Assembly: GCA_951406725.2 (NCBI GenBank)
Contig: OX597826.1
Location: forward strand, 54,870,001-54,934,000
Direction of reading: 5' to 3'
DNA length: 64,000 nt
From: Octopus vulgaris
Taxonomy: Eukaryota
Shown here piece after piece: positions 54,295 through 64,000 of the stretch. Position numbers and translations under genes: made by a program. Within the stretch, counting starts at the first letter, position 1, and each line of letters begins with the position of its first letter. The notes under the pieces are model-generated. The model did not search any database. It worked only from the letters and a program-made list of their open reading frames with translations, and was not told the origin of the DNA.

Positions 54295-54677
54295 CCCCAA
54301 GAACACACGGCAAGGTAACCTGAGTGGCAGTATCTATAGAGAATAGTGGAGAAAATGGCTCGGAGTATACAGACACAACTATAAGATGGCTAACTGTAAA
54401 GGACACACAAGATTGGGTTGAGAATTTTATGAAAGGAATGTGGAGCTATACTGATTTTTTTTATTCGAACCAGAAAATTTAGGACAATGGAATAATGACT
54501 GAAGGTGAATGACTGAGTGCCAAGGGTGTTGCACTCACGATCATGAAAAAGACCCTATAACAAGCTAGAATCCATCTAGAAAACACAACTCAGATGCAAG
54601 GAAGTAGAGAAAATAATTGTAAAGGAAGACAGGGAGTAGTAGTTATGGGAACATGTAAGTAGGTATAAACCGAAAAT

Positions 54678-54907
54678 TAGGCGGCGAGCTTGCAGAAACG
54701 TTAGCACGCCGGGCGAAATGCTTAGCGGTATTTCGTCTGCGTTACGTTGTGAGTTCAAATTCCGCTGAGGTCGACTTTGCCTTTCATCCTTTCGGGGTCG
54801 ATAAATTAAGTACCAGTTACGCACTGGGGTCGATGTAATCGACTTAATACCTATGTCTGTCCTTGTTTGTCCCCTCTGTGTTTAGCCCCTTGTGGGTAAT
54901 AAAGAAA
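54678..54907 (+). mobile_element. SINE family B, full length, with 18-bp target-site duplication
   Basis: TAGGTATAAACCGAAAAT at 54660-54677 and 54908-54925. Confidence 0.92.
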
Positions 54908-55139
54908 TAGGTATAAACCGAAAATAAAATGGAAAATTATAACCTTCTAGTTTTAGAACTTAAGAGACAGTTATCACACTGATAATCAGCAAGCTTTGTT
55001 TCTCAACTATGTGGTTCTGAGCTCAGTATATTTTTTTATGAGTATATAAACCACAGTTGAATAAACTTTAGAAAGAAGGAAATACACTAAAGAGGAAACG
55101 GAAAAAGACTCAATTTCTCTACAAAAAATAAATAAAATA

Positions 55140-55545
55140 GGCGCAGGAGTGGCTGTGTGGTAAGTTCTTGCTTACCAACCACATTTTTCCGGGTTCAGTC
55201 CCACTGCGTGGCATCTTGGGCAAGTGTCTTCTGCTATAGCCCCGGGCCGACCAATGGCTTGTGAGTGGATTTGGTAGACGGAAACTGAAAGAAGCCTGTC
55301 GTATATATGTATATATATGTATGTGTGTGTATATGTTTGTGTGTCTGTGTTTGTCCCTCTAGCATTGCTTGACAACCGATGCTGGTGTGTTTATGTCCCC
55401 GTAACTTAGCGGTTCGGCAAAAGAGTCCGATAGAATAAGTACTGGGCTTACAAAGAATAAGTCCCGGGGTCGATCTGCTCGACTAAAGGCGGTGCTCCAG
55501 CATGGCCGCAGTCAAATGACTGAAACAAGTAAAAGAGAGAAAGAG
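55140..55545 (+). mobile_element. SINE family A, full length
   Basis: Head to tail match with other family A copies. Confidence 0.92.
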
Positions 55546-55639
55546 AGAGAGAATCAGGAACAACAAACAATTTAAAAAAAGAAACTTTAGTAACAGACTT
55601 CCACCCGGGTTTCGAAACCGCAACTCCAAATAACACCAT

Positions 55640-55722
55640 ACAAACACCAGCTGCTGATGTCACCTATCTCTAGATCAGTGAACTTTTACAAACACCAGTT
55701 GCTGACGTCACCTAACTCTAGA
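55640..55722. repeat. ~49-bp tandem duplication
   Basis: ACAAACACCAG(C/T)TGCTGA(T/C)GTCACCTA.CTCTAGA occurs twice. Confidence 0.8.
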
Positions 55723-56159
55723 CTAATCAATACCGAATTTCAGCAAATACAACAAAATGACCCTTTAGGATAATCAACCAACCAGAACGACTGATGACCG
55801 TTCCCCACTGAGAAGCCAGCCAACCAGAACGCCAAACTTTACTACCAGAAAAAAAAAAAAAAGATGTCACCAGTATTTTAACGATGCAAAAGTCAGATCC
55901 GCTCGCGGAAAAAAATTATGAATACCGCAGATTCCAAAACACACCGTTACAAGCGAAAGTTCCTACACAGGACTGAAAGAGGATAAGAGAAATTGTAAAT
56001 GAAATCCCTTTTTTACTATCAGCATTGTTCCCTTATTTTTTCCCTCTTAACTCAGTATGGCTGAAATTTGATGATATTCATATCTTGTCGATCACTACTA
56101 ACATTAATGAGCTTTGTACAGTCAAACAAATTGATGCACAATTTTACTATTATTGACTG

Positions 56160-56298
56160 CTATGAACATTTAAACTTGTCAACATCGAAATTTTTAAACA
56201 TTTTTCTAATTCATAATTCTAAATTTGTCTGTTATGAACATTTAAACTTGTCAACATTGAAACATTTAAAGATGTTTTTCTAATTCATAATTCTAATT
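56160..56298. repeat. ~72-bp tandem duplication
   Basis: TATGAACATTTAAACTTGTCAACAT..TTTTCTAATTCATAATTCTAA occurs twice. Confidence 0.85.
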
Positions 56299-56509
56299 TT
56301 TAACCATTGGAAAACAAAAAATAGTGTTCAAAACTAGTTTGGTATATATGTAAATAAATTTATTTCAAAGAATTACAATTTTTTCAAATTTACGTGCATT
56401 TTCAATAACAAGTTTGCCTATATATATATGTATATATGTATATGCATATATATATATCTCTCTATATATATATGTATGTATATATATATAATATATATGT
56501 ATGTATGTA

Positions 56510-56540
<31 letters not shown>

Positions 56541-56712
56541 ATATATATATATTCAATAACAAGTTTGCCTATATATATACGAGAAAATAATTTGCGAATA
56601 TAATATTATCTTGTGTAACAATTTAATATAATCAAAGAATCAATAATATTGGCGATTGCAGCCCCCCTCCCCCACAAAAAACAATTGCATAGCTGAAGGA
56701 TTAAACTTAATC

Positions 56713-57070
56713 AAAAGACATACTCTGTCTACCTGCTGGAAATAATAGTCAAAGCTCTTATTTAAATCTCCAAAATAGACTGATAGTAACTACAGAACTC
56801 AACCGTCCGAAGGCAAACGAGCTAAGAAAATGCCTCAGCATACGTTCAAGTATTTGGACTCACGTGAATCGGTTTCTGGACTGGCATAATAGCCTCGCCT
56901 TCATCAGCACGCGCTACCATGAGAGAGAGAGCCTCAATCCGTCATTTTGAAATCTGCGCAGTAGCACATTCGGATGGTTGATTTCTGTAGTTATTATCAG
57001 TGTATTTTGGCGATTTAAATAAGAGATTTGACGGTTATTTCCAGCAGGTAGACATACGTAGTATGTCCTT
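56713..57070. mobile_element. MITE/foldback-like element with ~100-bp imperfect terminal inverted repeats
   Basis: 56713-56810 (..GTCTACCTGCTGGAAATAA..CAACCGTCCGAA) versus 56969-57070 (TTCGGATGGTTG..TTATTTCCAGCAGGTAGAC..). Confidence 0.8.
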
Positions 57071-57083
57071 TATTAATTTAAAT

Positions 57084-57154
<71 letters not shown>

Positions 57155-57175
57155 ATTAATTTAAATATAATAATC

Positions 57176-57364
57176 ACTGGTTGACAACAGGTGTTTATAT
57201 GTTTAGGTCCCTGTAACTTAGAAGGGCGGCATAAGAGACTGATAGAATAAGTGCTAGGCTTAAAGTAAGTCCTGGGGTAAATTTGTTTCATTTAAAAAAC
57301 CTTCAAGGTGGTGCTCCAGCAAAGCCGCAGTCAAATGAGTAAAACAAGTGAAAGAATAAAAGAA
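57176..57364 (+). mobile_element. SINE family A 3' half
   Basis: TTGACAAC..GATAGAATAAG..GGTGCTCCAGC..AAACAAGTGAAAGA. Confidence 0.8.
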
Positions 57365-58375
57365 TTACGCTGTCATGTTTTTAGGCCTCAGTAGCGTTTA
57401 GAGTTGCTCAGTCACAGAGAAATGGACTTTAGTGCAAGAATAATTGCACTCACATACCCAGAGTAATAACTACTCGTCAACTTTAGGACCTCTTCAATGC
57501 CAAGAGGAAAGTGGTATTTGATTTTCCGAATATAAAAGGATGTGGAGTACACAATCTTTCAATAACAACGCAACTGTTTGTGATATGACTCAAAGCAGTA
57601 CCGAGTTGTGTTGTCTGTATTTAGTGGGATAACGACAACTACTTTCAGAAATGTTTCAATCATCGCTGTACATATCACGCTATGCACGTATCGTGAATGG
57701 ATGGAAACCGCTAATCTCAAAGCAGATTGTTCGTTGCACCAATCGACATGACAAACCCTCGCCGTCTTATTGCTATAATAAACTTCAGACTGAACGACAT
57801 ATATATATATATACATATGTAAGTACAGAAGAAAGTGCAGAATATATTGCGACGAAAATCAAAAGGTCTTTGTGGGGAAAATGTCAAATAACAAAATCAA
57901 TTACAAAACAATAAAAGAAACCGAAAGAGCGACAAACAGACGGAAATGAAAAATGGAAGTTGGGAGAAATACTAAATAACCTCGTCCAGTGTAAGTGGAA
58001 ATGGTAAACCGTTGAATAGAGAAACAGGAATTCTATTTTCTATTTTCTACTGCGAAAATTCAACACCTGCAATGGTGGATGCCTGACTAAGTTAAATATT
58101 AATTTCGTTTAGAGAGACATCAGACTTAGTTTTACCGCTTTCTTTTCCTTTTTCTTTTGCTTTTTCACTCTTTTTACGTTATTAGCCTGAGCATTCTATA
58201 CTATAAGTGAACAGTGCAGATATATTATATACACACACAGACAAACACAGAAACACACACTCCTCACACACAAACATACACACTCACATATATATAAATA
58301 TATATATATATATACATACATATATATATACATACATACATGCACACACACACATATATATACATACATATATAT

Positions 58376-58433
<58 letters not shown>

Positions 58434-58552
58434 GTATATGTGTGATTGTTTATACCAGCGTATGTACATTCGTACCTAACGACAAAACACGTGAGAAAAT
58501 AATAAAGATAACAGTCAGTGAAAAGTGAATTAATATTTGTATATGCTCTCTC

Positions 58553-58590
<38 letters not shown>

Positions 58591-58976
58591 CATACATATA
58601 TATATACATACATATATATATACATATATATAAATGTATATATATATCTATATATATATAGATATATATACCTGTGTGTGTATGCGCGTGTAAGTATATA
58701 TATGTTTTGATGTATATAAGCGAAGGAATATAATTGCGATAGTATTATCATTGGTGTTAGTGTTGTTGTTGTTGTTACCAATGCTCTTTATGTGTTCTGT
58801 ATTTGGCGTGTGTTTGTATATAAAGGTGTGTATCTGCACATGATTTATATATTATATATTACATTTACAGAGGTGTGTATATTACATGTATGTATACATA
58901 TATGCATATATATTTGTGTATGATTATGTATATATGTATATATATATATATAATTATATATACATACCCACATATG

Positions 58977-59026
<50 letters not shown>

Positions 59027-59329
59027 TATAAATCTATATATATACATATATATATATCGTATGGATTTACCTACTTGCATTACGACTTAAGACATAACAA
59101 TATTTATAATTTAGACATAGTTTTTAAAACTGATGTAACAGCAAGTAAAATTGAAAAAAAATACAGATTGAATAAATAAAAGAAAAAATAAACGAAACAA
59201 AAGGGAACAAATAGCAAATGAAACACACACAAAAAAAAACTAAAATTAAAAACAAATTGGTAATTCACAGGAATAAAAATAGCTGAAAGGATAAACAACT
59301 TAAAATATTTTCGTACGTGGATAGCTGCA

Positions 59330-59330
59330 C

Positions 59331-59364
<34 letters not shown>

Positions 59365-59670
59365 GGTTTTGTTGTTGTTGTTCCTGCTGTTTTTGTTTTT
59401 TGTTGTTATTATTATTATTATTGTCATCATTATCATTATCATCATGCTACACGTAGATGTGCAACTTTCTTCTCCTTCTTCTTCTTCTTCTTCTTCTTCT
59501 TCTTCTTCTTCTTCTTCTTCTTCTTCTTCTTCTTCTTCTTCTTCTTCTTCATTTCCTTCATGTTCTTGTTCTTCTTCATTTTCTTCTTCTTCTTTTTCTT
59601 CAATTTTTTCTTCTTCTTCTTCTTCTTCTTCTTATTCTTCTTGCTCTTCTTTTCTCTTCGTCTTCTTCAT
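59330..59670. repeat. (ATT)n/(GTT)n/(TTC)n low-complexity tract
   Basis: Direct reading. Confidence 0.9.
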
Positions 59671-61432
59671 TATATCACCAGTTTTTTTTTACTCCATTCA
59701 ACTAGTTTTCCATTTTCACACTCTGCTTTCAAGACGTTGACATCATAGCAGAGGCAAAAATATAATTTGATAACATAGTATTTCATATAATAGTTACATA
59801 TATGAAATACGCATGACGATAAATACACACAAACACAGATACACACACACATGTGAACACATATATACGATTGTAAATCTATGTATGTGTGTGTGTATAT
59901 ATATGTGTATACATATAAGTATATATGCATTTGTATATCTGTGTATATATATATGTATATATATATATATTTACATATGTATATACATACATACATATAT
60001 ATATATATGTATAAATATGTGTATATATATATATATACATGCACATATATACATATATATATATATAGATAGATAGATAGATTGATATATGTATATATAT
60101 ATATATATATATCCATGTATTTATATTCGGGTATATCTCATATTTCTTCATACGTACATATATATCATCTACATATTATTAATTTAACTATACTTTATCT
60201 TAAAATGTCATTTTACAACGCATTTTCAAGAACGTAAATATATTTATTTTTATGTATGTATATATATGTATATGTGTGTGTGTGTGTGTGTACATATATC
60301 CATTATGCATATACATACATGAGCGCGTAAAAAACTATGCACGTTTAGATATATAAATGTCTGTCTGTATATATATATATATATATATATAAACATTTAT
60401 ATATATATATATATACATTTATACATATATACATATATATATGTATGTGTGTGTGTATGTATACATATATATATATTGGGACACATAGAAACATGTGTGT
60501 GTAAGCGTACGAGTATATGTGAGTGTTTGTATGTGTTCGTGTTCTCTATTTCTGTGTACGTCTGTGTGTGTGTGTGTGTGTGTGTATGCGTGTGCAATTT
60601 GAGAAAGATAGGACGTGTGCAGGAAGTAATAAGCACGAGAAAATATAAACACACGTATGAGAACAAAAACCAAACGTAAAAATCATGTATAAAAGAACCG
60701 CAAAACACTATGTACGCGAAAGCAAAACACAAAGAACACTACAGTGAAAGTGTTTTGAAATGTCTTGCAAGAATTTAGTGTGATAATTGCTACTGTATTT
60801 ACCATTTTTACCTACATAATGGAAGGTATATATAATTGTGCGTATAGTAATAGTAACGCGTGTATGTTTGTGTGTGTATTACGAAAGCACTTTATGTATT
60901 TGTGTTTTGTGATGTTCACTCTTTGTACTTAACTGCGTTTGTAGGTTTGTATAAGTATGTGTTGCATCTTGGTATTTAGGCGTATGTGTGTTTATATTTG
61001 TGTGTGTGTGCATATATAGTGTCTAGGTGAGAAGGTATGTGTTTATGTCTAATGGTTTGTGTATGCGTATTTGTATGAATGTGTATACGTACATATTTAT
61101 GTAGGCATGTGTTTATGTTTAATGGTATGTGTATGCCTGTATGTATGAATGTATATTCGTACATATGTATGTAGGTATTTATGTATGTATTTAAGCATTA
61201 GTGTTCCAACCAAAACACATGTATGATTTTACTGTTAAAGAAAACTTTCGACTTATGTAGTTCACTAAAATGGAAGATCTAATGGGAGAACCAGATATAG
61301 TTATATATATATACATACATACATACACGTATATGTATGTAGGTATGTATGTATGTATGTATGTATGTATGTATGTATGTATGTATGTATGTATGTATGT
61401 ATGTATGTATGTATGTATGTGTGTATGTATGA

Positions 61433-61463
<31 letters not shown>

Positions 61464-61486
61464 CATATACATTTATATCTATATTC

Positions 61487-61910
61487 GGCGCAGGCGTGTC
61501 TGCGTTGTAAGAAATTTGGTTCACAACCATATGGTTTCGGGTTCAATGCCTCTGCGTAACATATTAAGCGGGTACCTTCCACTATGGCATAAGGCTTACC
61601 AAAGTCTTGTGAGTGGATTTCCTTGACGAAAACTGAAAGAAGCCCATCGTATATCTATATAGAACGGGCATATATATATATATATGTGTGCGTGTTTGTG
61701 TCTGTATTTGTCCGCCGTCACCGTTAACAACCGGTGTCGATTTTGTTACGTCCCCGTAACTTACCGTTCACCAACAGAGTCCGATAGCATAAGTACTAGG
61801 TTTAAGAAGTAAGTTCTGGGGGCACTTTATTCGACTAAAACCCTTCAGAGTGGCGCTCCAGTATGGCTGCAGTCAAATGGCTGAAACAAGTAAAATGATA
61901 AAAGAATAAA
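61487..61910 (+). mobile_element. SINE family A (diverged)
   Basis: GGCGCAGGCGTG head; tail GGCTGAAACAAGTAAAA. Confidence 0.8.
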
Positions 61911-62100
61911 AATGCACATACGCATATATGCCATGACTGTACGCATGCTCATCACATACAGACAGGTACACAGCGCATGTATATTTGTATGTGCTTTTGA
62001 GAGAGTGAGAGAAAGAGGAGAAGATACACACACACACACACACACACATACACACATATATATATACATATATATATGTAGTTATGTATAACTTGACACA

Positions 62101-62760
62101 ATGAAGTGCATATATAAACAGATCGGGAAAATCCCCGAAAGATACTGTAACTGTAGATCTCCAAACTACTGCCCCCTAAATAATTGCTGTCTGGAGAAAG
62201 AACTTATATACAAGGTCAAAATCATGGATCCCAACGGAGTAACAAAGATGTATATTAGAATGACGGGCAACTCGTTCAAGGAAAGACACACACAAGACGT
62301 ATCGTCATTCACTGACAAAAATGCGACATCCCTATCCAATATGATATGGGCATTGAAAGAAGGTAGCGTAAGCAACCTCTCGGATAATAAGGAAATTCAC
62401 TGCTAAAGCTAGAAAATATAGGGGACAAGGTACGAAGTGTGTGCGCTTTATAACTGAAAAGCTAGTTATCATCCAATCAACAGACAACAACTTAAATATT
62501 AGGGAAGTAATTTAGACTCCGACATTTCAAAGAGGAACCACCGCCCACTTCGACAATCCCTAAATGTCAACATTGATTATATACTGCATAGAAACTTTAC
62601 ACATAGATGATACCTACTTCTCTGATGAACCCCTTTAGCACAAAAACATAGGAACATTACATTTACCCGGAATATAATATAATGCAAGCAAATTCACCAT
62701 CCAACACGGTTTTCACCCATAAAAATCAAATCGAAGAGACGTAATCAGTGAAGCGGTGTC
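62101..62760 (+). mobile_element. Penelope-like element 3' remnant: Cys-rich linker, GIY-YIG endonuclease and pLTR-like tail
   Basis: ORF 62101..62406 YCNCRSPNYCPLNNCCLEKELIYKVKI..KMYIRMTGNSFKERH..SSF..ATSLSNMIWALKE, then KCVRFITEKLVI. CTGATGA at 62622-62628. Confidence 0.85.
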
Positions 62761-63034
62761 ATCCAAGAATAGCACTCGCTGATATCTTTTCTTTCCGAGA
62801 ATTTTTGTGAATTCCCAAGATTTTCGTGTTTTCCATACATTCGGTTGCGCGCCCGCAAACCCACGTACATGTGCCTATATGTATATACTCATCTACACTT
62901 AATTGAAACACAAACATGCTAACTCACACATTCGCCAAAAAATAAAAATATCTACGTACCTGCTTACACGCTCGCACACGCAGATAATCTCTCTCTAAAT
63001 ATATTATGTGTGTATATACATATATAGTTACAGA

Positions 63035-63175
63035 AGTGATGAGCTGTAAGTAGCTTGCTTACCAACTACATGTTTCTGAATTCAGTCCCACAGCCTAGCA
63101 CCTTGAGCAAGTGCCTCCTACTATGCCATCGGGCCGACCATGACCTTGTTAGACGGAAACTGAAAGAAACCCGTC

Positions 63176-63227
<52 letters not shown>

Positions 63228-63470
63228 ATATATATATATATATATATATATATGTAATAGTGTATATGCTTGTGCGTCTGTCTTTGTACCTCCCCATCGC
63301 TTGACAACCGATGTTGGTGTATTTACGTTCTCGTAATGTAGCAGTTCGGCAAAAACCGATAGACTAAGTACTAGGCTTACAAAGAAAAAGTGCTGGGTCA
63401 ATTTGTTCGACTAAAGGCGGTGCTCCAGCAAGACCGCAGTCAAATGACTGAAACAAATAAAGGAATAAGA
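63035..63470 (+). mobile_element. SINE family A
   Basis: GTAAGTAGCTTGCTTACCAAC..GGCGGTGCTCCAGC..TGACTGAAACAAATAAA. Confidence 0.85.
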
Positions 63471-63629
63471 GGACATATATATATATATATATATGTATAC
63501 ACACACACACACATATATATATATGTATATTTACACATACAAACACGCATGTGTGTGTACATGAATGTACGTATGTATATTCATAATGTGATAGTAAATC
63601 ACACACATACATATATATATATATATACG

Positions 63630-63950
63630 AGCACCAGCAACACCACGACCCCCACCACCACCACCACCACCACCACCACAATCATCACCAACGCCAACAC
63701 CGCCAACATCACTAACGTCAGCATTATTGTCGCCATCATCACGAACATCAAGAACAAAACCATGGCACCAGCACCACCAGCACCACCACCACCAAAATCA
63801 TCATCAGCGTTATAGCCGGCACAATCATCATCATCCTCATCAACCTCATCATCCTCATCACTACCACCATATGCAGCACCTTCAATCACAGCATCAACAC
63901 CACTACCACCAGCAGCAGTAGTAGCAGCAGAAGCAGGAGCAGGAGGCGAG
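63630..63950. repeat. (CAC)n/(CAT)n/(CAG)n low-complexity tract
   Basis: Direct reading. Confidence 0.85.
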
Positions 63951-64000
63951 ATGCAATAAATGTTGTTATGTTACGGTCCAATGGTGAACAGATTCAATAA

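Noticed and set aside
56400-56578. Direct repeat TTCAATAACAAGTTTGCCTATATATA flanking a microsatellite block
   Set aside because: Best explained as a local slippage duplication; no element inside.

Overview
Eukaryotic, AT-rich, extremely microsatellite-dense DNA. The SINE families and repeat landscape suggest a coleoid cephalopod (octopus-like) genome; this is inferred, not proven. No intact, recognisable host protein-coding gene is present, and almost all ORFs in the track are translations of (TA)n/(CA)n/(TATG)n/(ATCT)n or triplet repeats. Supported content: many copies of at least four tRNA-type SINE families; a ~560-bp repeat sitting inside (TAA)n in both copies; four mariner remnants, two with intact TIRs, TA target duplications and complementary internal deletions; three Penelope-like element (PLE) coding remnants (one RT, two GIY-YIG); two tandem 5'-truncated L1/Tx1-type LINE 3' ends embedded in (ATCT)n; several long inverted repeats; and minisatellites. 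The most interesting signal is a set of degenerate type I hammerhead-ribozyme-like motifs. These include a ~135-bp tandem repeat at the window start with one motif per unit (retrozyme-like architecture) and a compact minimal motif at 4708-4747. A few unique-sequence, exon-like islands on the minus strand are reported at low confidence. Coordinates of diverged repeats are approximate.
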